This document shows positions 15,141 to 31,591 of a stretch of DNA of 64,000 nucleotides, piece after piece. Below the pieces are notes generated by a model that worked only from the letters and a program-made list of their open reading frames with translations, made no database searches and was not told where the DNA came from. Origin of the DNA: Chrysomallon squamiferum (Eukaryota > Animalia > Mollusca); NCBI GenBank assembly GCA_012295275.1, contig CM022665.1, forward strand, positions 4,402,001 to 4,466,000. The letters run 5' to 3'. Within the stretch, counting starts at the first letter, position 1, and each line of letters opens with the position of its first letter. A program made the position numbers and the translations under genes.

Positions 15141-18114
15141 GATACAAACAAACATGCATGCATACATACTTACATGCTTACGCGCACGTATACAAACATT
15201 CATCCATACGCTATTTTGGATATTATGCCTTTTAAATAATTATTTTGTAAAGTGCTGCAAGGAATAAACTCGTTTTGTTTTTTCCAGTTTGTTTAATGGA
15301 TGTCAGTACTGTGTCTGCATATTAAGGGGGACATGTTTTTGAACTTCATTTACGTAGAGTGTACTGGGTTGGAAAGACTTTTTATGTATATCTGTACATT
15401 TAGAGTCGAGGCTGATGAAATGTACTTTGGGAGGAAAACATTAGAAAATAGAAAAAAAAAAAAAAAAAAAAAAAAAAAAACAAAACAAAAACAAAAACAA
15501 AAGAAATAAAATTGTATGACGTTCCCAGCAACACTTGAGTAGAGGATAAAATATCACGTACAATCGTTATTTCAATCAAAACAACATTAAATGCTTAAAA
15601 ATTACCGATATCACATTGACTGCTTCATTTGAAATAATATTCCCTTTTGTTTTGCCAAACTCGGTCAGAGTAGCAAAACTGTTATAAGCAATGAAAAATC
15701 ATTAATCTCGACCTTGAAACACAAAAATCATTGTTCTGCAAATATTACGCTATTTGTGGTAACCCTGGATACCGTTTATATACTGAGAGGTTAACAGTAA
15801 ACCATCCAGTATGTCACGGATCCTGAAGGACACGCACTTCGTGGTTATTCTTTTAACGATTCTGTGCGTGCTGGTTCTCGAAGAGCTGCTTCAAGTAAAG
15901 TCACAATACGTAAAAGCTGCTTAATGCAAAAAGGATTTATCAGATCGTGCTGTTTGTGTTTTATTGTTATTGCATTGTTATGAGATGACCCTGCTGATCT
16001 GAACAAAAGACATAAGAACGTCGTTAAACAAAGGGGGAAAAATGATGATCAATATGTCAGACAAAGGTAGCCGCGATACTAGTATTGATTACAGTTATTT
16101 TGTTGTTTGATGATGTATCAGGTCATTATCATCGCAGTATCTTAACCAACACCTTCATCATCTTTTTGTTATTAAAAAAAATCCTTTTTTAATTTTTAAG
16201 AAAAAAAGAAACAACTTAAAATCCAAATTTAAAGCACTTGATTTAAATCTGGCAGTCAACACGATCGAATCCCTAAACGAATTAACGGAAAAGATTTAAA
16301 GCCAGTGAACCGTTAGTTTGCTGTTTAATACAGTTCAGTCTCCTCTGCAATCTGTCATATTCCACATTCTTAAACTGCATGGCAAAATACGCTAGAAAAT
16401 GTTGTGAAATTTGGAAATATAATTAAAGCAGTAGCGAACAGGAGCATCAAAGCGTAGCCATCGACTTAGGCTTTTCTACAAGGGATACGATAATCCCTCT
16501 CCTCAGAGGCTTGGCAGTTAAACAAAAACTGACCCGAATGATAATTCAGTGAATGTTTGTTGCTGATATACTGATATTCACGAGAACAAATATGATTACT
16601 TGTTATGTGTAAGGACAGATACTTTAAAATAAATGGGACAGAAATGTCTAAATCTGTTGGACCGCGACTGGATCTGTGCCTTAAATGTCCAAATCTCGGG
16701 GTGGAACATAGCGTAGATGTTCAAGTTTGAAACGCGAAACATTCAGTACCAGACCAAGACGATGAATGTTTTAGTGGGTTGTTTTTTTGTGTGTTTTTTT
16801 TTACCCCTGTTAATTACTTCACTAATATTTGAATAGCTGTATCATCGTACGTCATATTTATGGTATAAATAGTTAGAAGACATCTGGCTGTTGAAGACAT
16901 CTGATGGTTTGAGTATGCTCCACACGCCAACAGAGTTTCAAAATAACTCACTTAAGTAACTACCAGCTGCATTTTTACGTAAATCTCTGAAACCCTTTTC
17001 TCTTTCGCTTAATAAATCATTACACTGAAATATCTGAGCGTTCGTTTGATCAGCATATTAATGGATCATTTAAAATAACAATGATATGATAAATGCTTTA
17101 ACGAGGATAAAGACTGTTAATGCCATCTACGCAGTATTATATATATTTTTTTCTCTTTCTCATTAGCAAGTACAAAGGACATAGAAAATGTTAAATAATG
17201 GCAGAGGAAAGAAAAGATGGGAGGAAAACTCGATTTGTGATCGCGATGTCATAGAAAGATGAAACTGGTCTGTCAAGGAAATTGCTTTGACCAAAGAAAA
17301 ATGTAGACCTGTTTGACAGAAGTGGTTAATCATGACTGGATTTGCGTGACACTAAATACTGCCCGAGGGAGATGAATATTCCGAAACCTCCCGTTGACCA
17401 TTTTGCGTCTCAGCGAGCTAGATAAATAGTTAGCTAAAGCTGATAATTTTCTCTCCTTTTCTAGGTGTTTAAGACATTAGCATTTGCCTTGTGGTTTGTT
17501 TTCAGCTTTTATTGGGTAATCTGTTTACTTCAATTTCAGCAGCTTTTTTGTTTTGTTTCTTAGCGTTTTTTTTTTTTTTTTTATGTTAAAAGAAAAGATC
17601 ACTTGTCAGATTTCTTGCTTTTTACCACAGAACAAGTGTATGTATGTGTCTGTGTGCGTGCGTGCGTATATTTGAACAATATTACATGCATAAATTATGA
17701 TAATATATCGAAAAGGAACTGGAATAATTTCATAAAATAATTAAAAAGAAAATGTATGGAATGAAAACAACAAAAAAAAAAAAAAGATTTGAAAAGAAAA
17801 TAAGAGAGATTAAAAACATAAGGTACAAAGGAACTTGAACAACAGACTGGTAGGATACACAATTTAAAATGATATACGAATGATTAACTGCTAAAATAGG
17901 TGACTAAATAATTAAGCACATAAGCAATCAATCGACAAAGTTGATTTCAACGCATTATCACGTCTCTGATCTCCAGGACCGCCCTGTTCGGGACATTAAC
18001 AGAAACTCGAAATGAAGTAAATAATCGCGAGATCAAGACATTTGAAAGGTGTGAGTGTATGAAGAAGCGTGAATAATTTATTACGTTTCCAGTGTGACTG
18101 TGTATTAGTGGGGG

Positions 18115-18155
<41 letters not shown>

Positions 18156-21100
18156 TGTCAGTTTTATGTCTTCGCATAGCAGCCAATCATCGATCGCTTT
18201 CCGGTTAAGTTGAGTTTAGTCATAACGTGTTGGTTCGTAGAGAGGAAGGAAAACGTTAATCATTTCATAAATAAATGATGAACCAAACCTCTAAGAATTC
18301 CTGTCGTGCTGGCATGGCAACATGCGAAAACGTCTGTTTGATCCCCAGTCCGTATTACGAAACACAACAGTCGACAGCTTGACGACAGTGATATGCTTTA
18401 GTGCTGATTACGTCAGATAGACTTAATGCCACAGAATGGAGAGTTTGCGTTTTATTGCTTTTCTGTCATTATTTTTGTTGTTGTTGTTGTTATAATAATT
18501 ATTATTATTACTGTTGTTGTTGTTATTATTATTATTATTACCGTAGTTATAATTATTATTATTATTACTGTTGTTGTTGTTATTATTGTTATTATTCCTG
18601 AAAGATAGCTCCAACGTTCTGAAATTGTTTTCACTTTTAAAAATCGTACCTTCATTTTTCTTAAGTATCTGATAAAAAGAAGAAGAAGAAGAAGAAGAAA
18701 AAAGTTAAAACTAATGACTATGTAAAATTTAGCGTTTTAATATCGTTTTTTTTTTTTATCAAGAGGCAGATCACCAGTTTCAGAAAAGATACTTTCGAGA
18801 TGTGATAGATCTCGTTCTAACGAGGCTGATCAAGGATCGGCGCATGTTTTTTTTTATAATTTGAATTAAAATATATTAGAATGTTTTAATAATACAAGGT
18901 ATAGACATTTTTTTTTTTTTTTTTTTGTAAAATAAATTAGCTTTATATTAATTAAAAAGAAAAATCATTTAACTCTAATTTCAATTTAGATCACAGATGG
19001 AAATGTATTTCCAAATCATTTATTTTGTTCACAGATACGTCTTATAATGCCTTTCACAAGGGATGGATAGATTCATTAGTCCGGCTTGTAAATATAATTC
19101 TAATATATGTCTTAATTCAAATTACTTATATTGATATCTTCACAAATTAATGGGTTTCCTGGATCATAAAGATGTCGTTAAAGTATCAGTTAATACCCAA
19201 GCTTTGGTTTAACAGGCTTAGAGTGAGAAAAAAACCTGCTTTCCCCGAATTGTAACCGAGCCTAGATACGTGGCTAATACAAACGATGTTTAAGATGTTG
19301 GCCCGAACAAAATGGCTTACTTCCCGATGACGTCTGACTGTCTTCAACCGTGCTCCTTATTTCCGCTCGGATTAATGAACGCCAGAAAGCGGACGCGACA
19401 GTTTACTTGGGAATATGGACGCTGAGATACGGTTAGGAGCCCAACAACGCATTCTCATATTCTGCTAACGAAAACGAAATTGGTTTCTGTTGATTAAAAT
19501 CATAATAAAGTCGTGAAACTGTAACGTCCTCAAGGCACATAAATTATTCATTTTAATTACTAGGTTGGGATAGAGCCATTTTCCTAGGTACGAACACTTG
19601 GTGGAATTCTATCACCCATTGTACGGCTGGCTATTAGGGAGCTGACCGGGCGGTGGACGTTTCAGAGACAACCAACCGGTTAATTAAAACTAATGCGTGC
19701 TTCACCACGCCAAATGCCCAGTGCCGGAAGTATAAAGTATATAGAGAGCATCTCTGCGACACGGACACCATAATTTATTTATAGAGAATCGTGTCTGATT
19801 ATTGTCAAGGGAACTTCACTGATATTTACGGGAACTCTCAGCCAAACAGTCAAGCAATTCTTTCACCAAGTCGATAATAAGTGTATTGTGTAAATGTTGA
19901 ATTAAGAATATGCCGTCACCTTTTGTCGTTAAATCCGTGTTAAAGGGGACGAATCGTGTTAAAGAAAGGGGAGTGTTCCCCCCCCCAACTTTTTTTTTTT
20001 TATATATGTTTTGAAAGTCAGTGTTATTAATATTTCAGCAATCCAGGTAAAGGCAAGGATGATACTGATTATTTTACATGAGTAGTGTCTAATAACTGGG
20101 ACCGCGCGAAATATAACTGTATAAAAAAAAGTATCCCCCATAAAAAAATAAAAAAATAAAAATAAAACATTCAGTATGATACTCGCTGTTATGGTTTTTT
20201 GGTGAAAATATTCAAATCAAATGATAAAACTGTTTATTCCACATACCATTTAAACGCTTTACGTTATCGATTTGTTAACTTACAAAATACAGTCACAGAG
20301 ATAAAACAAAAAAAAAAAAAAAAAATTGTTAAGCTAAACGCAACCTGTTCAGCATGAAATTATTATTAACATTAAAAAGAACAACAACAAACAAACAAAC
20401 CAAAAAAAAAAAACCCAAACAACAACAACAACAAAAAATAACCAACCAAAACAACAACAACAACAACAACTCCACATAGACTATATTCTGATTGAGAATT
20501 TACGACGTATTTAGTTTACTGTAATCTGTGAGGTCCGTGCTTTTGCAGAAACCGCCGCGATGGTGGCCATCAGACGCCCAGGCTGAAGACCGAAGCTATC
20601 TGTGGTCAGTGACAGATTAATGAATGCTTTGGAGATTTCGCAAGACGCACTGGGAAAGCCTAAGCGAATCCATCAACCCGTGGACTGCGAAGAAGACGAA
20701 ACGTCCACCTGTTAATGTAACACGTGGGATGTCGAAACTGGGAAAACTGGCTATTCTATTAAAGGAAACCATAAGTCAAAATCAGAGCCGAGCAAATTAG
20801 ATCGCTCATAAGAATGGAACTGTTTCCCAGCTTGTTATTTTCACCGGTATCGAAGCAAGATTATTCAAATCTGCGTGGCTCCAAAATAGTAACTTATTTA
20901 GGCCACTGCCAAGTTCCTCGAAAATTCACTTTATCATTTCTTTCTCTCTGAACTTGTATTGAACTGTCTCTGCAGAAAGAAGTCAAGCAGATGGAATCTC
21001 GAATTCTTCATTCGATAGCATTATGCATGCGGGACAATTAATGTTGGTAAATAAATAAATAATTTACAAAAGTATGGTACTAAAAAGGAAACCCCCCCCC

Positions 21101-21569
21101 CCCCAGTAATTATTTGACTAGAGTATGTGTTTGTCCCGTTCTTAATGATTTTTATGTCAGGTGTATCTTCTGAAAAAAAAAAAAAAAAAAAAAAAAAAAA
21201 CAGCTGAAAGAATATGTAAAACACAATGTGAAAACGAACTTGGTTTAAAATTGAGTTAGCAGATGTCGAAGACACAATGTAATTGGCCTCGGGTTATAAA
21301 AAATTCAAGACCTCAACAAAATGTCATATCGTATTCGAGAGTAAAATTCTAGACCTTTAACTGCTGCTATTGGAAATTATAATTAAGTAGCTGATTATTT
21401 TACGTCGTCCAACAAGGAGCCCGATTGGTTGAAACTGAAATCACGGAAATAATTATGGGAATAATATTTATCAGGTATGTCAAAGATGATGACGATAATA
21501 CAGAAACATAAACACACACATACAAATATACATACATAAACGATAACAGATTGAGAGATACATATAAGC

Positions 21570-21628
<59 letters not shown>

Positions 21629-23199
21629 GAGGGGGGGAGAGAGAGAGAGCAAGAGGGGGGGAGAAAGAGAGAGTTTTACTCTAAACTGTATTAAAGGTAA
21701 ACAAAATTTTGGTAATGGACCATTATTCGATCAGGAATAACATAATATCAAACACTGTGACATACATTCTAACCATAGCGAACGAAAGCTTTTTTTTTTT
21801 TTTTCAATATTATTTCTAGCAGTATACAAAGGCGCTGACACAATATACCAATTTCCTTTTGACATACCGCGTCACAGTATGACGGATTACTCTAATTGTA
21901 TCACAAACACCGCATACCAGTTTACTACAGCAGCGAGACTTCGCGTTGTTCCGGACGTTCCTTATTGTAAGCTTTACTCAATATCCGAGCACAGGATTAA
22001 CTTATAAAGCTTGCTGTTCCGTCTGCGAATTTTCCTTTCGTGTCAAACAACATTCATTATGCTCTTACAAGCTATATATCGCAGCGTTAACTTCGATATA
22101 GAACACACTGCCTGAATGTAGGACTCAGGAAATATTAAACGACAACAGTGGAATCTTTTTATGAAAATGGTTCATGTTCTTAAGGTTAATGACATATAAT
22201 CTGATTTAAGTTGTAATGTTTCGATCAGTAGAGTAATAATCTTTTTTGTTCTTCCCTATTTGTTTCCTGCCAGTTTCTGAAACGATGTGTTAGAGGAGAA
22301 TTTCAATCATTCATAAAAAAAAGTCTTTCTTTTTTTGAAATTTATTCCTTCAGAAAGCTTTCAGAAATGTTTGATGTTGGGAAATTTATTTAAATTTCAG
22401 TTTGTTTATGTTTTAATTTCCTGTGAGCTTATTTATTTTCACAAATACCACACACAGTTTATGGAGGAATGAAACTATATTAGGTTTTTTTTTTTTCAAA
22501 ATTGAATTTAATTGTATGAATATGTGTATAGTAAATAACAAAAGCAATATAATAATAATAATAATAATAATACGAAATATTACACAGACAAGCAAATTAT
22601 TATACCAAGACTTGTAGCACTGGTTGTGGTACCTATGGTTAGGTTTATGTAAAATAATCCTAACTGCTAACTTTTAAAAGTAACCTGCACAGCGTCGGAA
22701 TTTTCTCCAAAATCATCAGTATAAACTAATAACCTTTAACTGCAAAAATTTGTTATCGAGTCCTTAAACAAAACAGCATTCAGTATTTCTTTTCGATAAA
22801 CTACACTCATTTTGCGGGTAAAATTCTTAGTTTTTCTTTGTGTGTGTTAGTGTGTATATATATATGTTCATGCAGATTTTCAATATTTATATCCAGATAT
22901 CTCACACGAACAAATGTCTCAGTTTGTCTCCTTATATAATTTATTAACTAACGGCTGTTTGGCGAAGTATATAGTATAGGCAACACTTATTGTCAATCCT
23001 TCTGAAGTAAATATGAGCAGCTTCGTATACACGTAGACTCTTTGTTTATAAAATATATAATAAATGTGTCTGTTATCAATATTTTTTACGTGATATATTC
23101 CAAATAATTCTTGGTGTCATGTTCCAGGTTCACAGGTTTAGTTTCTGTGTAAATAAATAAATAATAATATACACATACATGTTTGTGTGGGAGTGTGTT

Positions 23200-23218
23200 T
23201 ATATATATATATATATAT

Positions 23219-23261
<43 letters not shown>

Positions 23262-23340
23262 TATATATATATATATACATACATATATATATATATACAT
23301 ACATATATATATATATACACACATATATATATATATATAT

Positions 23341-23381
<41 letters not shown>

Positions 23382-23392
23382 TATATATATCT
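23200..23392. repeat. (TA)n/(CA)n compound microsatellite
   Basis: TA runs punctuated by CA units. Confidence 0.95.
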
Positions 23393-23848
23393 ATATGAGC
23401 ATAATATAATTGTTTTTATTTATTTTCATTTTATGTTTAGTCGCATACATATAAGCCATTGAATGTTTGAAATGTGACATTATGATGTAAACGATATTCT
23501 AATTTAAATACATATATACTCACTGGCATAAAAAATTAATTGTACATTGGGTTTATCTTTTGTTGTGTTAATGCTAAGTGTCGGCTGTGATAAATGTATC
23601 CATTTTTTATTTTTTTTTTTAAATAGTTTATTTTTCTGTCCGTTCTTCGTTAATTTTTATTTATTGTTCGTTTTTTTTATTCAGCTGTTCAGGAGGACTG
23701 TTTTCTTCATTTAACTTAACTTTGTTTTTTGTCGATACAGTTTTAAAATGGTCATCATCGTATTACATGTTTATAATCCTTGGGATAAAGTTAACGAATA
23801 GATTATTTAAATGATATATTCTTGTATCTTGTTTTTAATTAACTGATC

Positions 23849-24497
<649 letters not shown>

Positions 24498-27400
24498 TTT
24501 GTCTCACACACACACACAAATACGATCATAAATACAGTTATTAACACATTGTCTTAAGTTAATCTGCCAACAGAACAATGGAATAACAGCTTAAAAACCC
24601 TGTCTACACTTCCATCTTGCTGTTGCATTTACGGTAAATCAGTAACACAATAAAATATTCCTTATCTCACAGTTTCATGGACGCCGCCTTTTACTGACTG
24701 TTTGTTAGTCAGGATTTGATAATAAAATACGAGATAGAAAGAAGAAGAAGAAGAAAAAACTAGCTATCAACAAGCGTTAAACATACTTGTTAATGGAAAC
24801 ATGACTTTTAATATGCTGACCAAACGAACGCTGAAATATTTCAGTGTAATGGTTTATTAAACGAAAGAGAAAAAGGTTTCAGAGATTTACGTAAAAATGC
24901 AGCTGCAGAAACATTCATCTATTCGTAGATTTTTTTTCAGGTGTCGACCAAAGTTTATGGGTTTTCTTGTGGGTTGTTTTTTTGTGGGGGGGGTTCTTGT
25001 TCTTTTTATAAAGAAACTTTACATTTTGAAAGTTAGATCTACAATAACGAAGGCAATCTCAAAGTATTTTCCAAATCCCATATTAGCCTCTGATAGGTTT
25101 TACAGAGTATTGGATTTAACGAAAAAATATTTAACAGCGCTACCGAACAGGACCATCCCACGGAGTAGCTGTCGTGATGTGAAGCTAGCTACAGCTGTCC
25201 CCACACTGTCGTCCATCACGTCTTCGCCTACGTAGTGAGCCCATGATTACGTGTCTTATACTAACCCCCAGTGTAGAATTAATATCACATTTTCGTAACT
25301 GATGATTACAACCACACCTCGACAACACGACAGAAACATAGTCATTATGATCTATTATACCAGAGCTTTCAGTTTTTATTATAAAGAAGTTTTGGTTAGA
25401 CTCCAGAATGTTTTAAATATTAATATTAAAACACTTTTTCTTTCAGTTCTTGGCATTATATTTTCTCAATTTTTATTTTTTTTTATTTTTATTTTTTAAC
25501 TGTTTTTATTTTTAAAATCATATATTTATTCAACGAATTTTAATAATATCATCTATCAAATGCATTCAAAGGCTGTTTTTGCTTCGTCTCAAACAGCTGT
25601 AAAAATCCTAACTAGTTTCAGCATTTTATTTTATTTTTTTTTTTTTCAGTTTTTATCACTGCATATTTATAAAATGCTTCATTTTCCAAATATATACACT
25701 TTAAAAAAAAAAATTACATAGCTATACTCTAAACTAGATATCAGAATAAATTGCTTAATGCCCTAATCTAAGTCGACAAAATAAAAATAAAATTAAAATT
25801 AAAATTAAAATTAAAAATAAATAAATAAAAAATTAAAAAATTAAACTAAATAGAAATAAAATAGTGAATATAAAATTATTCATATTATTAGATTACATCA
25901 ATCCATGCATGTACGTTAGTGTGTCTGTGTATGTATGTATGTATGTATGTATGAATTTATGTATGTATGTATGTATTTATGTACGTATATACGTATGCGT
26001 GTTTGCCGTATACTATACTGGAACAGCAGATAGACTAGTGGACCAGCGACTATGATCCAGTCTGTTTATATACATATATATACATATATATATTATAAAA
26101 AAACTAAATTATTTTCTGTTGTCATGTATATAATGTATAAACGGTTTTGTTTGCAGCGTTGTATCAAATTTCATGTATTTAACCGACAGGTCGCCCAGTA
26201 CAGGGAAAACATAAACAGTTATATTCGTAGTTTTGAAAGGCAGTAAATATTGATAATGTTTATTTTTTGTCGCAGTATGTATGTAAAAAAAAAAATATTA
26301 ATAAAATAAAAAATAAAGTGCACACAATGTACAAAAATACAGCGAAAGAGAAGGAGTCTCAGAGAGAGAAAGAGAAACGCTTATCAAGTTGTAAGAAAAG
26401 ACTTACGAATAATAAACTTAGTAATTAAAAAAGTCAACGAAATAATTAAATAATTACACACATAATATTGCAAAACTGAAAATAAACAAAGCAAAACGAA
26501 ACGAAAAGAAACGAAGCAAAGTAAAATAAAATAAAATATAATAAAATATGTTTCAGTTTGATGTCTGTATCTTTATGTTTTTTTTTTTCTTTGAAATTTT
26601 TGCACGAAAGTTAAATATTATGTCTTATTTTTCGATATCTGTAAACTTTCACTAAACAACCTGTCTTCCTTTTTTAACTTTCAGTGCAAAATATTTACAC
26701 TTTTACTATAGGGAATTGATTTTGTGAACTGTTACTACAGAAATGGTTGATATGCATTAATTTTTAACATTTTATAATGGAACGTCTTTTTTTTTTTGTC
26801 TTTTTTTTTATATGTCTGTATTATTTCTGCTTTAGAATCTTTATTATAAATGGAATCTAAGAATATTTAAAGACAGCTGATCGTTAAAACATACATTATC
26901 GGTAAATGCATTGCTTTAAGAGTAAGGATACAAATATTTTCAGTTTTTAATGAGATGAAATATCTATGACTTACTGACATAAAATAATATTATCTGAAAT
27001 GACTAAATAAAATAATAAGTGTGAACCAGTATATTGAATCAGCGTTTTGCCAAACATTTATATGCTTTATGTCAGAAGATTAACTTTTATTCGACATTAG
27101 CACCAAAGGTTGATTGATGGCAAAGGTAATTCTAAACTTGAATACTGGTAATCATGGAAAATTCTGAGGAAACTAGATTAACTACTTCAGTGTATAAAGA
27201 GTCCTTCTTCAGGATTATAACTACATGAGTCGTCAGATGAAAATATTATGCAGCCTTTTTACATAAAAAAATCTCAAAATGGAAACATTTACGAGTTCAT
27301 GACTTTTTTTTAAGTTGTTGTCAGTTCGAAAATCGTTATTGCTATTTAATCCTTTATTCCAGGGCAACAGTTAAAAAAAAAAAAAAAAAAAAAAAAATTT

Positions 27401-28051
27401 TTTTTTTAAATAAAATTTAAACGATTTTAAAAAAGAAAGAAAACGAAAAGTTGAAAATTTAACTTGTCGTACAACACATACTCTTAAATTATTGCCGTAT
27501 TGAATGACTTCGACTGTCGATTTAAGTGCAGGGGAGGTAAAGAAAAGAGAGAGGAAAAAAAAAAAAGAAGAAGCACGTCTTTTATTCACTTATATAAACA
27601 AATTCTATTATAAATAAAGCTTTATATGGCTGTCGGCCAAGCACACAGTATACTAAAACTATGCAGTAAAATACAACTGGTAAATTAGGGTCACTGGTAA
27701 AAATATTTAGGGTTATCGATTCTGTCAGTTTTATTTTATTTTATATTCATAGGCCCAGTTTTATTTTATTTTATATTCATAGGCCCTAGATACCTGTTAA
27801 TGTTAGGATTTTTTACAGAAGCATGAAGAATATAATTATACAGTCAGCAATTAAAAAAGACAATAAATGCATTGTTTTGGAGTGTTGAATAGTTTCAGTT
27901 TTGAATTTCTGTGTCATACTAACATACAGTAATCTTGCTTGACACGAACAAATAAATAATAATTGTGAACTTGTATGCTGAATAAGGGATTAAGTAGTAT
28001 TTTTAAGGATTGAATCATGCAGATATTAATATGTCGTTTATGTGTGTATGT

Positions 28052-28085
<34 letters not shown>

Positions 28086-29084
28086 CTTTGTGTGTGTGTC
28101 TGTATGAATACAGGAATAAGTATGTACATGACTCAGATAACTTTATATTAAGTATTTTGCAAAACAAGATCTGTATGCCACTGAACTAGAAACCACATAT
28201 AAAGTTTCTCTGAATGAAACTCATTGGTTAAGAAGAAACATGATTTATTGCCAAGAACCATCATATAAAAACTATAGAATTTTCGTACATTAGTAACGAG
28301 GGATGTTTTGTTTGTTTTTTCCCCACAGACAGGACGGTACGTATCAATGTGTTTGAAAAAACGTTTGTCTGAAACAGAAAACAGAGCAGCGATGGTGCAA
28401 TGGAGAATTGATCCTGTTTCCGAACGCAGTTGAGGCTAGTAGCAACTAAGTTCTGAACAGAAGCCTGCTCCTGTTCAGTGGTTAGAAGATTCCAGGGAAA
28501 ACCGAAGAGTTTACACAAACCAATACTAAGTTTGCCAACGCTCCGAGTGGTCTTCTGACAGAACGATCGAAGACAATTCAATAAAATTGTTGTTTCTTCA
28601 TTTAAAGGCCAGCACACAACTGTCTATAGATTGACCACTGTCCTGTCTATTGTGTTACAGTGACATTTCCATTCTGAGTGCATTATCGGTTAAGGTGGAC
28701 ATCGGAAATGGACGATGACCGAATTTTGTGTTTTTGCAACTGTGCTATTAATCGAGCTATGGCGAAGCGTGAAATTATTGTTTTACTGCACCGTTAGGTT
28801 AGTTTGTTAGACGATTAGGCAGAATTATGAGTCCTTGCGCCTCCCGAAGTGGTTGTGTGTAACGCAGCCTTTACAACACAAATATTATGTACGTTGACTT
28901 AACTGCCACAGTTACGTTTTAAGCCTCTTTCTACATATGAAGTTACAGTTTAATGAATACGATTTAGTGATTTCTAAACATTTTCTTAAGTCTAGTCACG
29001 ATGAGATTTTATAATTCAATTTTCGATAATTCGAAATTTTATTCGTGATTTAATAATTACTTGACAATTGATTTAATATGTTAA

Positions 29085-29265
29085 TATCACATGGCGTCAA
29101 TCAGCTTAGAGTTTCCAAGTCAAATGGAACACCAACATTTCCAGAAACATCAATTGCTTTTAAACGTAAAACGTGTTTTAAATAAAACAGTGACATAAGA
29201 TGAGAAACCTGCTATATTCACAACATGGGCTACTGGAGTCGATTATAGCCCGGGATCTTTTACAG
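29085..29265 (-). mobile_element. degenerate SINE-like relic
   Basis: The ordered motifs ATGGCGTCA..GAGAAACCTGCT..CATGGGCTACT..CGATTA..GGGATCTTTTA resemble, from memory, the antisense core of a gastropod tRNA-derived SINE. CCCACAGACAGGA at about 28322 fits the same element. Not verified by alignment. Confidence 0.35.
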
Positions 29266-29491
29266 GAAACTTTCTATAAACAGGAAAGTAGATATGAATG
29301 GTTTTAATAAAAAAATGTTTAGAAACACTGACTGGTAATGATGACAGTCAAAGAGATACAACGGGGGACTGATCCAGCAATGAGCCACTAAGATACAGCC
29401 ATTGCGTTTTGTATTGTTTCCAAAGAATACACCAGCAAGTAATGAGTCGACTTAATTTTTGATTTTTTTCAGTTAGCTGTGAAAATTGTCT

Positions 29492-29522
<31 letters not shown>

Positions 29523-30083
29523 CAGATCTGAGTAGGAGGCGATCTTCGAACCCAGATCATCTAACACAGAACTCTTAAATCTTTATTTCCCCGGGATCAC
29601 TTTTCAACTAATTTTAGTTGACACCTAAGTTTTTTTTTTTTTTATTCTGGTCGCGGAAATACGTTGAGTTGTGCGATGGAGTTAAAACATTTATATCATT
29701 TAATACGTAGCAGTTACCGTCGCAGTGGGGCACTACCGCCCAAGATGAAAATAACTGATTCACCGTGACATCATTTTCTGTTTCAGAGAACGAACTGTGC
29801 GAGGTTGAACTGGGATGAGTAAACCACTTAGTCACTTTATGAAATTGGTGGCTTTCGTCAAATAAACGCACTAAAATAATTACGTATTATTCGTCATTTC
29901 GTGGAATATGTATCTGGATAAAAGGTAAAGCAAGATCTTCAGTATCTCTTCGTGCAAATGTGAAGAAAACAGAGAGGTCGTGAGGTATGTAGGCAGACGG
30001 AGAGAGACGCGAGTCAAGGAGTTAAAGAAAAGCAGGAAAATGAATAACACTGAATGAAAAATTGATGTGAATATGTGTGTAAA

Positions 30084-30185
<102 letters not shown>

Positions 30186-31558
30186 GAGGAGCAACTACAG
30201 AGGCTAATTAAGAAAGACAAATAATAGTAGTAATAAATTACAAAGCTATAGGAATTCCATGGTAACATCTTTCCTCAGATTGTATGCTGCACTAAAGTCT
30301 AAAACATTCACACACAAAAGGCCTGACTGACCACGCCATGCATGAAAAACAAGCACTCAATAAGATTGATTGGCACGGCACGGAAAAGAATGACAGATTG
30401 ATCATATCTTCATGCCATAGCGCCCGCCACTAAACGATAAATGATATAAGAGAAGCACTTTAATCAGTTTAAATTTCTAACAGTCATTCTGTCACGACAT
30501 CACAGTATATTTGAAAAATAGTAGCAGCAATAACTAGCTGTTGTGAAAATAATGTTACAGCAGTATTACCATTACTGTAAGCAGTATTACCATTACTGTA
30601 CGTTAATACACAAAATCTCAGGTTACGTACGAATTGCAATCAAAGCGTCATTTCATGTCGAACGAATTTTCATGTAAGAGGATGTAATAAAGTTAGCATT
30701 TGTACACTAAAGCAATAATTAACGTTAAAATATTTATATGGGACATTTATTATTACTTCGAGACAGTATTTGACATAAACTCGTTAATTTTAGTGGTAAT
30801 AATAAATTAGTCAAATTAATATTTTACGGAGTTAATTAGTTCTTATTATTCTTACTTTCTTTGAACTTCTATAACCGTCATCATTTCCGAATTATTTGAT
30901 ATTATCGTCATCAATTGTTGTGACTGACTTTGTTATTTTTTTTATATTTATAATATTTTATTTTCATTTATATAAATACAATAATATGCAATCTCAAATG
31001 CTTCTAGGTGGATTTTTATGATAGTTATTTCTAAATTCAACGAAACAGTTTCACCATGGATACACTCGGCATTTTTTGCCATACGTTTGTAAGATTTATC
31101 TTTAAGAACGTACGAGTGACGTACATTTATCCCATCTGGTCTAGTATTGTATCAGATAAAAGTCTGCTGAGTGACTTAAATTCCATATTGATGAAGAAAT
31201 CACAATTCAGATCTAACTGCTTTCGCTATTAAGTATTAATGGCGTTCTTGAACATTCGAAGGAAAGCTGCTTTGGTCTCTCTATGTCAAATCGGCAAGGT
31301 TCTGATGAAGTCATTAAGGTGTCCGCAAATCAGAAAATAGACCAACAGCTTTTCAAACAGAGACGTGAGAACATTTCTTTAAAAGACCTGTGTGGTAAAT
31401 GAATGCAAACAGGTTGTCTACAGACATGTGATTAATTTTAGAAATAACTATTTATTTCAGGATGAAAAATCCATAAAGATAAATATTTTGGTGAACTAAA
31501 CTTTATTTCAAGTCTGTTCCTTGAATTTATTTCTGATAAAAAAAAATAATTAAAAATA

Positions 31559-31591
<33 letters not shown>

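Noticed and set aside
24897-25235. 112-aa plus-strand ORF with an acceptor-like site at 24940
   Set aside because: No recognisable motif, partly low-complexity, and no partner exons found.
28261-28617. 118-aa minus-strand ORF in a GC-richer patch
   Set aside because: Non-ATG start, no recognisable domain and no convincing splice sites.
31207-31230. CAGATCTAACT, similar to the 5' part of miR-750 as I recall it
   Set aside because: Only 11 nt match, the 3' half differs, and there is no complementary arm to form a hairpin.
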